Positions 12,158 through 26,299 of a stretch of 64,000 bases of DNA are shown piece by piece. The translations under genes were made by a program, and so were the position numbers. Source of the DNA: Paraspadella gotoi (Eukaryota > Animalia > Chaetognatha); NCBI GenBank assembly GCA_051294375.1, contig CM119270.1, forward strand, positions 19,285,572 to 19,349,571, in the 5' to 3' direction. The stretch's first letter is position 1. Every line of letters starts with the position of its first letter. The notes under the pieces are model-generated. The model saw only the letters and a list, made by a program, of their open reading frames with translations, was not told where the DNA came from and ran no database searches.

Positions 12158-14518
12158 TTTATGCAAAGATTATGTCACTTAGACTGATGGAAGGCCTAAG
12201 ATTAGCTATTTCTGACTACTAAGCTCCTGCCTATCTACTTGTTGTAACATAATGGCTAATATACTCTGTTGAAGCGTAGGTAAAGTGGTTGTCGCTGGAT
12301 AGGACGCACAGGAGAGTACCCAATGTACATAGTTGATAGTGGTGAAGGAGAAAATTGAGTAAATACCAATAAAGTGAATCATTTACCGCCGAATATTGTC
12401 TTTAAGTTTTCCCGACTATTTTTATATTTTCCTTTTATTCATTTTCCCCTTTTTTGCGCCTTTAATTTCCATTTTCCTTTTTTTCTTATATTCGCGGCAT
12501 GTTCATTTCTTTTTTTTCCTCTCTTTAATCCTGACGAGAGTGGACGATTCACTCAGTGCATATGATGCTGGAGCCCACGCGACGCAGCTGACCGGCTAGC
12601 AGAGCAGAAAACGCAAAGTTCCTGACGTACGATGCAGACACTCGAGCGCACAAGGGCGACGGCGAATCCACAGACACGCGTACTGCACGCGCGCGAGGCA
12701 TCAGCTAGATCGTGGGCGAATTTAGATGCCATGCTGGCGTGCTGGGATGCTTAGTGATGCCGAGGATGCTGCAGGGAGCTAATGTAGCTCTAAGGCGAGA
12801 ATCCAGCTAAGACACGATGCGAGTGCTATAGTTACAGCCGACGAGGACGCGATAGCGAGGTGTGGCTGGAAACAGACGGTATTTTCGAGTAGGAATGTGA
12901 CATCGCATGCGTGCGAGGTCAGGTGATATATAGAAAAGGCATGAACTGGAGAGGCAGGATAGGCTAGAGCACCGATGCTACAGACCAGGGTTGGAACGTG
13001 GCAGCTCGTGTCGAGGGATCGGGCCGGCGGAGACTGAGTTCGGAAATTGGACGTGAACTGAGCATTTGGACTACTGGGTACAATGAGACGACCGCGTATG
13101 TATATGACTGTAGGCTGAGAGAGTCGGCTGGTCAAGGTGAAGAGACGTGGGCGACGCGAGTTCGAGAGGCGTAGACTGGAGGATCTGGTTCGTATCCAAT
13201 GGTAGGTTTAGGTGTCGTCGAGTAATATGAGCAATATGGAGATGGGGAGGGAGTGTAGAGTGACGGCGCTGATCAGAGCGCGAGACAGAGAGTGCGCGAG
13301 GAGGCGGTGGATGTGGGTGAGGAGATCCGCGCGTCCCTTCCAGAGGTGGGACGTAGTATGGGTGCATTGCTTGAGACAGTTATGATAGAGCGAGCTGATT
13401 CGGATTCAGAGAGCCGAGGCCCTTTTTTTTTCGCATTTATTTTCCTTTTTTCATTTTTTTTCTTTTTCTTTTTAGCTTTCCCTCCTTATTTTCCCTTTTT
13501 CCATTTCTACCTTCTTCCATTTCCCCTATGCCCCCTTTCCCTTTTTGTAGTTTTCCTTTTTTAAATTTTTTCATCATTTTTCATTCCTCGCGCTTTTCCT
13601 TTCAGTTTCCCCTTTCGCCATTTTTCTTTCAGTTCCTTTTCTTTTTTCTTTTACTTCCTCCCGCCACCTTTTCCCTTTCAGTTTTCCTTTTTTTCCATTT
13701 TTCCCGCTTTCTCATTTTTCTATATTTCCCCCCTCCCTCTCGCCCCTTTTCCCTTTTCAGTTTTTTTTCATATTTTCCCTTTCTCTTTTTATCTATTTCC
13801 TTCGCCTCTCCGCCCCTTTTCCTTTTTTTTTCCTTTTTCCCTTTTCCCTTTTCCCCTTTTTCCCTTTTCCCTTTTCCATTTCCCCTCGCCCTTTTGCGTT
13901 GAGGCGTCACAAGTCATAAAAAGAGACAAATTGTATTTGATTAACGCGAATTGCTGTTCTCCGAAAGATAAAAATCGGACTTAAGACGAAGTCGAACCGA
14001 AGATCAAAAGGGAGATATATTAGTGCTCGTAAACGCTCAGAAGTTCTCTTACAATTTATTTGTTTACTTTTATTCATGTTTGTTGTTATTTGGATCGGTT
14101 GCTTTCGTGTTGTTAATTTTTGACCCGTTTTTATATAGATTCATACTCTGTCGAATGTCTATTGTTAAAGAAGTTTTCAACAATTTTTAATTCGATTTTT
14201 CTTGTTTTATGTGAAGAAGTAATTTAAATATTTTTATCAATCGCGTCTTCCAGTATTCTCAATGCGACTTTATTTTCTTATCTATTCTCTTCCTAACGCT
14301 ATATTTCTTTAAACTTTTCTCTCTTTTCTATTCTTCCTTCTCTCTCCTTTCTTAAGCGTTTGCTTTCTCTTTCTTTCTCCTCTCTTCTTTTTCTTTCTCT
14401 TATCTTCTCTTTTATATCTAATCAGAACTCGTAAAATAAGGATACGAAAGTCGGACGGAATAATTCAGTGATACTTGAAACGATAAGTGTCTGCCAATGG
14501 AATGAGAGAGAGAGAGAG

Positions 14519-14575
<57 letters not shown>

Positions 14576-14718
14576 GTACGGAACGCTTGGTGTTAAAATA
14601 GGTGTTCATAAAAATGTTNNNNNNNNNNNNNNNNNNNNNNNNNACGTTTTGGAAATGCTAACAAAGTTTGCATTTTCGTGATCGCTATTTTCACAATTTT
14701 TAATTCGATTTTTTGATT

Positions 14719-15148
14719 TGTTCATTCATTCATTCATTCATTCATTCATTCATTCATTCATTCATTCATTCATTCATTCATTCATTCATTCATTAATTCA
14801 TTTATTCATTAATTCATTTGTTCATTCGTTCATTCATTCATACATTCATTCATTCATTCATTCATTCATTCATTCATTCATTCATTCATTAAATCATTCA
14901 TTAAATCATTCATCAATTAATTCAGTAATTCAATCATTCATTCATTCGTTCATTTATTTAATTCATAAATTCATTCATTCATTCGTTCATTCATTCATTC
15001 ATTCATTCATTCATTCATTCATTCATTCATTCATTCATTCATTTATTCGTTCATTCATTTGTTCATTCATTTAATTCTTCATTCATTCATTCATTCATTC
15101 ATTCATTCATTCATTCATTCATTCATTCATTCATTCATTCATTCATTC
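14719..15148. repeat. (TTCA)n microsatellite
   Basis: Directly visible. Confidence 0.95.
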
Positions 15149-15863
15149 GATATCTTCGTTCCTTATTCAATATTCCAATAACCTCCTGTCCTCCCTTTAT
15201 CAATTTTTGATTCGCAGATGTGTTTTCTCCATCTCTCGCCCTCAACGTCTTAACACAAAACAACAAGGAAAAAAACAAAAACAAAAAAAAACAAAAAAAA
15301 AAACAAAACAAAACAAACTCCTTCCCTCCTCCTTCGCTTCTCATTCTGTTTCGTAGTGTTTTTTCTTCCTTTGTTTTTTCTTTTCGTTTCGTCCTCCGTT
15401 TTCTGGATTTGTGGTTTTTTTTCGGTCGCTTTTCTTCGGATTTACGATTTTCGATCGGATATATAAAAAAACTCTTTTTTCGTCTTCGTCCTCAACGACT
15501 TCCTCCTCCTCGTCTTCCTCCTCCTCCTCCTCCTCCTCCTCCTCCTCCTCCTCCTCGGATAACAACACCCTGTATTATCGCGTGGATATGATTTAACGAC
15601 GGATACTGAAAAAAGACTACAGGATTTTTTTGTACAAAGGTGAGTAGCTCTTTTTTTTTACTTACCCCGTTCGATACAAAACGAGTGGTAATTATCTAAA
15701 TTTAAAAAGTGAATTGAGTGAGGGGTGATACGACGGGTTCAATTACATCACGAGCAATAAGAAATAAATATTTCTGATAAAATATTAAAATAGAAAAAAA
15801 AGCGTCATTATTACTTTCTTAAATTTTAGTAAATTGGCAGTTTTTTTTTCACTTTCCCTACAG

Positions 15864-15997
15864 AATCGTTTTATGTACAACGGGCAGGATAATGAAATTA
15901 AATTTATACTTTGTCTCCGTGGACAAAAAATTTAAGTCGGCAATAATGAATTTCTGAATCCTGAACTAAAAAAATATGTTATGAGGATGAAGGAATG
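15864..15997 (+). CDS. Candidate internal exon of an unidentified host gene
   Basis: Acceptor TTTTTTTTTCACTTTCCCTACAG and donor GTATGT. Reads NRFMYNGQDNEIKFILCLRGQKI / VGNNEFLNPELKKYVMRMKE with one frameshift. Neighbouring GTGAGT donors at about 15640 and 16239. Confidence 0.4.
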
Positions 15998-16006
15998 GTA
16001 TGTCTG

Positions 16007-16044
<38 letters not shown>

Positions 16045-16884
16045 CTCTCTCTCTTCTCTCTCCTCTCTCTCTCTTTCTCTCTCTCTCTCTTTCTGCTCTC
16101 TCTCTCTCTCTTCTCTTCTCTCTCCTCTCTCTCTCTGCTCTCTGCTTCTCGTCATCTCTCATCTCTTCTTCTCTTTCTTCTCTTCTTTTCTTCAACCTCT
16201 TCTTCCCTGACACTCGCCGGTTTTCATTACAATTTTTGGTGAGTATCCGTAACATCTTAAACCATTTCTCCAGCGATTGTTTTCCTTCAATCAATATCTT
16301 TTCTCGTCGCGAGTATCTCCCTTTTTCTCTCTCTTCTCTCTCTCCTCGTCTCTCTTCTCCTCTCTCTCTCATCCTCCTCTCATCGTCTCTCTCATCTCTC
16401 TCTTCTCTCCGTGTCTCATACTTTTTTGTCCCATCTTTCTCTGTATTTTTCTGAGTCTGCTCACTCTATTCATAAAAAAATGTTCATTTTTCACAATTCT
16501 TTGTCTCACTTTGACACTTCCTGTATCACTGTTAAGTCTTTCTTTTTTCCCTTTTTTTCTTTTTTTCTTTCTTTCTTTCTTTTTTTCTTTCTTTTTTAAT
16601 TTCTTTCTTTCTTTCTATTTTAATTTATTTATTTATATTTATTTTATTTTAATTTTCTTGTTTAAATTTCATGCCTTTTTTTACTTTTTTATTTTTATTG
16701 TAATTTCTTTTTCCTCATCTTCTTCTTTTTCTTCATATTGTCTTCTGGTTATCCCTGCTAATTTTTCTACTTCTTTTTCTCTCTCTCCTCCTCCTCTTCT
16801 TCCTCCTACTTCTGTATCAGTTTCAAGAGTCAAAGACTTTTTGTTCATTGGTTATGAGATGCGTTTTTTTCTCTTTTCTCTTTT

Positions 16885-17350
16885 CCTTCTTTCCTTCCTT
16901 TATTCCTTCAATCCCCCTTTCCTTCCTTCATTCCTTCATTCCTTCATTCTTTCATTCTTTCAATCCTCCTTTTCTTTCTTCATTCCTTCATTCTTTCAAC
17001 CCTTCTTTTCTTTTTTTCATACTTCATTCTTTCAATCCTCCTTTTCTTCCTTCATTCCTTCCTTCCTTCATTCTTTCAATTCTCCTTTTCTTTCTTCATT
17101 CCTTCATTCTTTAAATCCTCCTTTTCTTTCTTCATTCCTTCATTCTTTCAACCCTCCTTTTCTTCTTTCCATCCTTCATTTTTTCAATTCTCCTTTCCTT
17201 CCTTCATTCCTTCATTCTTTCAATCCTCCTTTTCTTCCTTCTTTCCTTCATTCTTTCAACCCTCCTTTTCTTCTTTCCATCCTTCATTCTTTCAATCCTC
17301 CTTTTATTCCTTCATTCCTTCATTCTTTAAATCCTCCTTTCCTTTCTTCG
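16885..17350. repeat. Pyrimidine minisatellite, ~36-bp unit containing TTCATTCTTTCAATCCTCCTTTTCT
   Basis: Repeated motif; gives the periodic SFLHSFNPPFL in the ORF track. Confidence 0.85.
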
Positions 17351-17527
17351 TTACTTTTATTCCTCCTTCCTCAATCCATCACTCATACGCCAACCATGAA
17401 TAGTTAACTAATTAAAATATAAATAAATAAACAAAGTTTCATAAATAAACAAAATCGCGACGCCTCCTTTCCTCGACGTCGTTCAGACTCTCGGTCGCGT
17501 CATCCTGAGCTTAACGGGTTACTAGTC

Positions 17528-17646
17528 TGCCGCCGCCGCCGCCGCCTCCGCCGCCTCCGCCGCTGCCGCCGCTGCCGCCGCCGCCGACCCCGCCTCCGCC
17601 GCCGCCGACGCCACTTCCGCCGCTGCTGCCGCCCGCATTGCCGCCA
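17528..17646. repeat. (GCC)n imperfect trinucleotide repeat
   Basis: Directly visible; poly-Gly on the minus strand. Confidence 0.85.
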
Positions 17647-19338
17647 CTTACAAAATAGAAAAAAGAAAAAAAGGGGAAAAAAATGGGGGGGGAGAGGAAA
17701 AAGAGACCCCGGTAAAAATTCCCTGGGTAATGGAATTTTTTTTTCTCCTCCATTTTCCATTTTGCTATTTTTTCCATTTTTTTCTTTCTTTTTTTTTGCA
17801 TTTTGCCCTTTTTACTCTTTCCTTTTTTTTGGTTCCATTTTTCTCCCGCTGGTTTTGAAGGAAGGAAGGAAGAGAGAAGACATCAAAGATTAAGGACTGC
17901 GCAGTTTGCCGGTGTATTGCCGGTCCATTGCCGGTCCATGGACGATGAATTACCGGTGCATTGCCGGTGTTTCAACGATTATATTTTGTTTCTGCCAGGA
18001 TTGTAGATGACAATCCATTGTGTTTGTTGCCAAAGCGTTGATGTTCCATTGGCGGCGCCATCTTTGACGTCAATGTTTTTCCCCAATCGGTTTTCGTCGA
18101 ATCATTGGATGACAACAGGTGCCTACAGATGCCGACAGATGCAGCGTCTCCTCTTCACTTTCCGGTGCATCTCCTTTCGCGCCGCCATGTTTTTTTTCCC
18201 AGAGCAGATGGCGTTGGCTTTTGCGCGATTCGCTTCCGTATTAGACTCTCTCTGTCTTGGTAACTGTCTTCGCGTCTCTCTCTCTCTCTCTCTCTCTCNN
18301 NNNNNNNNNNNNNNNNNNNNNNNNNNNNNNNNNNNNNNNNNNNNNNNNNNNNNNNNNNNNNNNNNNNNNNNNNNNNNNNNNNNNNNNNNNNNNNNNNNNN
18401 NNNNNNNNNNNNNNNNNNNNNNNNNNNNNNNNNNNNNNNNNNNNNNNNNNNNNGCCCCAATCATATTAAATCCTATCGCCTCATATTCATTATCCCATAT
18501 CCACGTATCTCTTTGACTTTCAGTCTTTTACATTTCGCCATTCAGCAATTGAACAAATCTATCTTGGACACTTTACTGTCCAACCACATTGACTTTGCCA
18601 TCCAACCACATTGACTTTGCCATCCAACCCGCTCCAGAATATATCTCCCTAGCCTCCAAAATGTTCCTAATGGCCGTGTAACAAATAAAATGAACCAACT
18701 TTGATCATTATTAATTAACGTTCAGGATCTTTGGGTCGGAATCTAGGATCATTGATCAAAGATAATTGATCTGGTCATTAGATCAATATCGAAGGTTGTG
18801 TGACCGGAGATAATTGGTCTCAAGGCTAAACGGTCATAAAGCCACGATCCAGGGTCAACGGTCTTTGCCATTTTTTTTCTTTTCTCTCTCTCTCTCTNNN
18901 NNNNNNNNNNNNNNNNNNNNNNNNNNNNNNNNNNNNNNNNNNNNNNNNNNNNNNNNNNNNNNNNNNNNNNNNNNNNNNNNNNNNNNNNNNNNNNNNNNNN
19001 NNNNNNNNNNNNNNNNNNNNNNNNNNNNNNNNNNNNNNNNNNNNNNNNNNNNNNNNNNNNNNNNNNNNNNNNNNNNNNNNNNNNNNNNNNNNNNNNNNNN
19101 NNNNNNNNNNNNNNNNNNNNNNNNNNNNNNNNNNNNNNNNNNNNNNNNNNNNNNNNNNGCGAGATCTTTCACTATGTCACTCTGTGATTCGTTCACATGA
19201 TGAACATGTTCCTTCACCATTTACAGAACATCTAAAAATCTACATCGCGTCACTGTATCTCGCCTTTACTCATTTTTCTCTTTTTTCCCCAAAATCGTTG
19301 ATCTTCTTTCGCTTTTCTTTACTCAGATTTGCACACCT

Positions 19339-19374
<36 letters not shown>

Positions 19375-21798
19375 NNNNNNNNNNNNNNNNNNNNNNNNNN
19401 NNNNNNNNNNNNNNNNNNNNNNNNNNNNNNNNNNNNNNNNNNNNNNNNNNNNNNNNNNNNNNNNNNNNNNNNNNNNNNNNNNNNNNNNNNNNNNNNNNNN
19501 NNNNNNNNNNNNNNNNNNNNNNNNNNNNNNNNNNNNNTCTCTCTCTCTCTCTCTCTCTCTTTGCTTGATTCGTTGAGACCACGTCGTTGGCGGCATCGTG
19601 AGGCAAAGCGACGCAGGTAGCGCTGTCGGTCGCGGCAGCGGTGTCGGCAGCGGCAGCGGACTCGGCAGAGCGGCGGCGTCGGCGCTGCCAGACGTGGCGT
19701 CGAAATGGGAAACTAACCAGACGCCGGGGAAAAAAAAGTGGAAACCGTTTGTATATCTCTTCGTCAAAAAAAAAAAGAAGCAAATTGATGAAAAAAAAAG
19801 AACAGATTTCCTTTTTGCGCAAATATTTTCGGGTTTTCTCTTTGCATTTTCTCACATACATCATGCTCATCCCGTTTCAAAATGGCGAAGTTAAAATTTT
19901 TACACAAAACTAAATAAAACAAAAAATAAGTCGATTCCCAATTGTGTTACATTCTGAGAATAATTTAAATTAAAAAAACCAATAAATTGGTGTTGCTTTA
20001 TCTTTAATGATTAAACCAACAAAAAAATACGAGACCAAACTTAAAAAATACGACACAAACCTTAACACTTTGACCCTCGTTTTGGGTATAAACTATGATT
20101 CGAGTCGCAACGTNNNNNNNNNNNNNNNNNNNNNNNNNNNNNNNNNNNNNNNNNNNNNNNNNNNNNNNNNNNNNNNNNNNNNNNNNNNNNNNNNNNNNNN
20201 NNNNNNNNNNNNNNNNNNNNNNNNNNNNNNNNNNNNNNNNNNNNNNNNNNNNNNNNNNNNNNNNNNNNNNNNNNNNNNNNNNNNNNNNNNNNNNNNNNNN
20301 NNNNNNNNNNNNNNNNNNNNNNNNNNNNNNNNNNNNNNNNNNNNNNNNNNNNNNNNNNNNNNNNNNNNNNNNNNNNNNNNNNNNNNNNNNNNNNNNNNNN
20401 NNNNNNNNNNNNNNNNNNCAGCGTCCTCGTCAAACGAATATCGATCGGATTTCATATCGCTGAGTGCAATTGCGTGCGAATTTACACGTAAAGACGCCGA
20501 ATTACGTGGCAATACACGCATATATATGCTTTTGCGGTTTAAGTGAGTGTACCAGTGAGGGAAAGGGAAGGAAAGGAAAGGAAAGGAAAGGAAAGGAATG
20601 GAATGGAAAGGAAAGAAAAAAAAAGGAAATTAACGGAAAGGAAAGAAAGGAAAGGAAAAGAANNNNNNNNNNNNNNNNNNNNNNNNNNNNNNNNNNNNNN
20701 NNNNNNNNNNNNNNNNNNNNNNNNNNNNNNNNNNNNNNNNNNNNNNNNNNNNNNNNAAGGAAAGGCAAAGAAAAGAAAGGAAAAGGTTTTGAAATCATTT
20801 AGGTTTACAGAGTTTAAGAAACAAATGATAACTGGAGCGACTCAAGAGCGGCANNNNNNNNNNNNNNNNNNNNNNNNNNNNNNNNNNNNNNNNNNNNNNN
20901 NNNNNNNNNNNNNNNNNNNNNNNNNNNNNNNNNNNNNNNNNNNNNNNNNNNNNNNNNNNNNNNNNNNNNNNNNNNNNNNNNNNNNNNNNNNNNNNNNNNN
21001 NNNNNNNNNNNNNNNNNNNNNNNNNNNNNNNNNNNNNNNNNNNNNTTCGCGGTTGTGAATTCAAACCCGGATGTGAATTACCGACCCGGATGTAAAGTAC
21101 CCATCCTGAAGTGAAGAGTAAGGCGTAGTGAAAGTTATATACGAAAATTCTAGAAGNNNNNNNNNNNNNNNNNNNNNNNNNNNNNNNNNNNNNNNNNNNN
21201 NNNNNNNNNNNNNNNNNNNNNNNNNNNNNNNNNNNNNNNNNNNNNNNNNNNNNNNNNNNNNNNNNNNNNNNNNNNNNNNNNNNNNNNNNNNNNNNNNNNN
21301 NNNNNNNNNNNNNNNNNNNNNNNNNNNNNNNNNNNNNNNNNNNNNNNNNNNNNNNNNACCCGGATGTGAATTACCGACACGGATGTAAAGTACCCATCCT
21401 GAAGTGAAGAGTCGACCGAGATGAAAACTGTTAACTTTCATGAGTCGATATTTAGACTCGTGAAATACAATCCCCGGTTCTATTGTAAACATTTTTTTTT
21501 GTTTATTAGAGTTCACAGCTCGGGTCCTTAACATTCAATTCCCATTCGTGAAAAGTGAAAATGAGAAATAATATTTGTTGCTTTCGGATGTCGATTGTTG
21601 TCGTCGTTGTTGTCGTTGCTGTTGTCCGTTTTTGTCCGGCGCCGTCGTTATTGCCGTCGGCGTTGTTGTTGTTGTTATCCTTGGTCTGGTAGTCGTCTGT
21701 TGTTGTTGTTGTTGTTGTTGTGTTGATTGGGTTTAATGGATTCGCGGGAGAACATCATTAGTCTTTTCACTGTCTGCCTGATGGTGGAATCATTGGTT

Positions 21799-21918
<120 letters not shown>

Positions 21919-22504
21919 TTTACAGTCGAAATAACGCAAGCTTAAAACTACTAAAACAATTTAAACTAGTGAGAGAAGAACAACCGTGGATGGAGTTTTA
22001 TTAGTTAACAAATTGTTGAAACAATGCAACAGTACAATATAATGTATAAATTATGATGTTTTACTATTCAAAAAAAGGTAAATCTTAAGTTAGTATTGAG
22101 ACATAAACCGATGACTCGTCGACAAAGATCTGCTCATTTTCCAAATTCAAAATTGTCTCTCCTTCAGTCTGTCAGTCTGTCTTTTCGTCAGTCTGTCTGT
22201 CTCTTCGTCCGAGACTTCTGTCTCGATCCGCCTCACCACCACAACCACCACCATCGCCACCGCAACCACCATTGCCACCGCAACCACCACCATTGCCACC
22301 GCAACCACCACAGCCACCGCAACCACCAAGCTTTATAAGTATCGAGTTATCAGCTTCGGTTTTTGGCTTCTGACTTTTTTTCTTCTCTTTTTGGATTCGA
22401 TCCAAAATTCTCGAGAGAAGAAAAGAAAAAAGAAAAAAAAAAGGAAAAAAAGGAAAATCCTCTTAAACCTCGATTTCGTTAGAAGCGATTGTGAGGGAGG
22501 CAAG

Positions 22505-22640
22505 GACGACGACGACGATGATGACGACGAAGACGACGACGATGACGAAGACGATGACGACGACGACGATGATGACGACGATGACGATGATGACGACGAC
22601 GATGACGACGATAACGATGATGACGACGACGACGATGACA
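22505..22640. repeat. (GAC/GAT)n microsatellite
   Basis: Directly visible. Confidence 0.9.
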
Positions 22641-22680
22641 ATAAGACGTCAACGGCAGAAAAGACGTTGTAGAAGAAAAA

Positions 22681-22804
22681 GATAGACACCGATATCCACG
22701 AGTTAGAAAAGCCTCTCTAAAGATAGACAGTGATATCCACGAGATAGAAAAGCCTCTCTAAAGATAGACAGTGATATCCACGAGATAGAAAAGCCTCTCT
22801 AAAG
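22681..22804. repeat. 41-bp tandem repeat, 3 copies
   Basis: GATAGACAGTGATATCCACGAGATAGAAAAGCCTCTCTAAA three times. Confidence 0.9.
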
Positions 22805-23550
22805 TTAATCGTAAAAACTATTCCTATGAAATAGAAGAAAAATAATGTATCCTTCGCCCAGCCTTTTTTCTGTCAGTCAACTTCGAATTACCTTTTAGGG
22901 TTAATATTTATTTGTAGAATGACTTATTATGAAGTTTTTGTTTAATTCATTGATGTAATCAAGTAAACGTCTGACCGTTAGAGTAAAAATGTATAATAGC
23001 AATGAAACAATAATTATCCAAAGACTGTCGTCGTATTAAAAGGGGAAATTATATTTAAATTATATTTTCTGATAAACTATAAAAGGATCTAAATCTTAGT
23101 AAATGTGGCAACGAGGAAAATGAAGAAGACGATGACGACGACGACGAAGACGATGACGACGACGACGACGACGTCCCGATCCGGATTTCACCCAGTTTTC
23201 CATCACCTGCGAACCGCGAAGGCTGAAACGTCCGTGGGATATGTGAACGGGGGGTGGATTGGGGGGAGAGCGGGTCACATTGGAGGGAGACTAAGGAGAA
23301 GAGAGAGAGAGAGAGAGAGAGCAGGAGAGAGAGGAGAGAGGAGAGAAGAGAGAGAGGGAAGAAGAGAGAGGAGGAGAGGAGAGAGAGAACGAAAAGGTGA
23401 GGATTCTGGAATAAGAACATTTTGTGAAAGAGATGGTTGGAAGGTCGACTAAAAGTGCTAAAAATATATAAAATAATTGAAAAAAGAATTGAAAAATACA
23501 ACTTATAAATATAAAAATTGTACAAATAAAAATCATTCCATTTTCGGAAT

Positions 23551-23732
23551 ACATGCGGGACCCCAGCCTCATTCGCGGCCAATCACGTGATATATATGCG
23601 CGGGAAGAGCCTCATTCAACGCCCCTGGCAAGAGATATGCGCGGGGCGGGCCTCATTCAAATCTTCTGGCAAGAGATATGCTCTGGGCGGGCCCCATTCA
23701 ACATCAATGGCGTGAGATATGCGTGGGGCGGA
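23551..23732. repeat. GC-rich ~41-bp minisatellite, ~4 diverged units
   Basis: GAGATATGCGCGGGGCGGGCCTCATTCAA-type unit repeated. Confidence 0.8.
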
Positions 23733-23829
23733 GAAGATGTCGCGGCGGAATTAATTTTCAGAGGCTTTAAAGGGAAATTTACTTTAACTGGCAAGACGAG
23801 GATTTTCCCCGGCAATTTATTTTGAAATC

Positions 23830-23912
<83 letters not shown>

Positions 23913-24064
23913 CGCGTTTGCAGCGGTCGTCGTCCCGTCTTTCAGATGCCAAATCGCCTCATCTCGTCTGTCATTTGGAGTCGCTTCTAATTCCATCTCC
24001 TTTCCATTTTCTTTCTTTCTTTCTTTATTTCTTTCTTTCTTATTTTCTTTCTTTCTTTCTTTTT

Positions 24065-24155
<91 letters not shown>

Positions 24156-24657
24156 ATTTATCTTTCGTTTTTTCTTTCCTTCTTCTAGTATTTCTATTCT
24201 AATACCATATCTATTCTAATTTTTACTTTTCTCTTTTTCTCCTTTTATTTCTCTTTCTTTTTCTTTTCTTAATCCACTTTATGTTTTTCCGTAAATACAT
24301 TCGAATTTGCTACAACTAAGATGAAAATAAATTGAATAGATTCCATATTTTTCTTTTCCTTTTTTTACTTTTCTTTTGTTTTGAAATTTTTAAAAAAATA
24401 TATTTTACCCTATTTTTTTATTCTTATTCTCATGGTTTCATTTCGTATTGTTTTCTTCTTTTTTTTCTGTTTTGTTTTCTTATTTCATCTTGTTTTCTTT
24501 TTTCTTTACTCTTCTTTCGGATCGCTCGTTCGAAGTGTCACAATTTTGGTTTTCAATCTGCAAATTTTGTCCTTTAATCTTTTTTCGTATTCTTAATTTG
24601 TGATTCTCTTCGTGACATGGCTTCTCTTTTAATCTCTCCTCTCTCCTCATCTCTCCT

Positions 24658-24716
<59 letters not shown>

Positions 24717-26299
24717 TTCTCTCTTCTCTTCTTCTCCTCTATTTCTCTCTCTCTTCCCTCCTCTTTTTTAATCCGGCTTCTCTGCTTCCTTCCGACGCCA
24801 ATTTTCTCTTCGTCTTTTTCGAATCTTTCATTTTCTTTTTTCAATTTTTTTTCTCCTTTTTAATTTCTCCTGTTTTTCTTTTTGGCTTTTTTCTTAATTT
24901 TCTTATCTTTCTTCTTTTCTTTCACTTTTTAGTTTCATTTTTTCGCCTCCTTATTTCATTTTCCTCGACTAACTCCACCGCCCCCCTGTCTCTCCTCCAT
25001 TGCTTGTCGTTGCTATGGTAACCCGATTTTCGAAATTTCTCGGTTGAAAAGAGGAAAAGATCAAAACGCTCCGAATTCTGGATCGCTGATTGGATGATAA
25101 AGATCAAAAGTCGTCCACTTTGTCGATATCTGATTGGTTGAAAAAGTTTGCTTCTTGTTTCCGTATTCTTCAATGTTGTTTACGAGTACATGGCTGTTAG
25201 AAAGGACACGATTAGTTATTTTCTAGCTTGGGTTGTCTGATTAATTGATCTTTTTAAATATTTGTATAATGTTTCCTTTTTTCTTCCATTTGTTCTACAT
25301 AATTTCTTAATTCTTCCTTTCTGTTTTTCGTTCTTTCTTTTTATCTTTCTTTCTGTCTTCCTTTCTTTCCTTCTTTCTCTTTCTTTTCCTTTTCATTCCC
25401 CCATTGTTGTTGCCCACAAAACATCGCTTCCTTGTTTATTACAAAAGGCAGAGAGCAGAGCTAAAAAGCCTTTCTCTCTCCTCTCCCACCCACCTTGCCC
25501 CCCTACTTCCCCCTCTCACGCCGCACCCCCCCTCTTCCGTTTTTCGAATAAACCTTTGCTGGCAGCAAATTTTTCGCTGCTTAGCAACCCGCCAAAAAAC
25601 TTCCTTGGAGACGGAAGGAAACGCAAGAGACACTGACGCTTACTTATTCATAGTCGAACGGTTTGACAATTTTCGGGGCGGAACAGGGAATCGAGGAAGT
25701 GGCGAATCCCTTGCGTTAGGAGAGAGAGAGAGAGGAGCAGAGCGTCCGAGAGAGAGACGACGGGCAGAGGAGAGAGCAGAGGATAGAGAGAGACGAGAGA
25801 GATGAGAGAGAGACGAGAGAGAGAGAGATCAGACTGAGAGACGAGAGAGACGACGAGAGACGAGACGCTGAGAGAGACGGAGCGAGAACGAGAGAGTGCA
25901 GTCTATAATTTGAGGCAGCCTCCCAGCCTCGAACCGAATAATTTCCGCTCATTTTGTTTTATGCCGAATAATTTCTAAGTTTGCGCGTTTACGCACAATT
26001 GAAAATAACGTGGCCGCGCCACCCGAACACCCGCTCTCGTGCCCTGATAATTTAGTCCCTTAGAAAATCCGTTTCTTGAGCCCCACTAAATTAACCATTT
26101 GATCAACTATACTTTCCTGCGTAACTATGTGCGGCTACTACACTACCTGGACAATATCTGTATCTGACCATAACCCCTTTGACATCAACAAAAAAAAGCT
26201 AAACTGATCAAAAATAGGTAAAAAAGCATTGACAGCAATATATCTCGAAACGCTTACAAAATTTTAGACCATTGCTTTTTACAATGCAAAAAATAATTA

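Larger units (their letters stand above)
4381..14510 (+). repeat. ~5.1-kb tandem duplication (about 4381-9387 and 9388-14510, plus a partial unit at 4066-4380); probably an assembly artefact
   Basis: AGAGAGAGATCGCGAAGCGGGCAC starts both copies. They are colinear throughout and differ mostly by 1-bp indels; 25-N gaps at 8654 and 14619. Confidence 0.9.

Noticed and set aside
16277-17407. 376-aa ORF and the many F/S/L- or E/R/K-rich ORFs in the track
   Set aside because: Translations of stop-free microsatellites, purine/pyrimidine tracts or N gaps.
17511-17650. Gly-rich terminal exon on the minus strand
   Set aside because: Explained by a (GCC)n repeat; only a weak acceptor and no other support.
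21067-21412. ~54-bp direct repeat as an LTR or TSD
   Set aside because: The copies flank an N gap; likely contig-end overlap or a collapsed tandem repeat.
22681-23732. 41-bp repeats as CRISPR or regulatory arrays
   Set aside because: Simple head-to-tail minisatellites without spacers.
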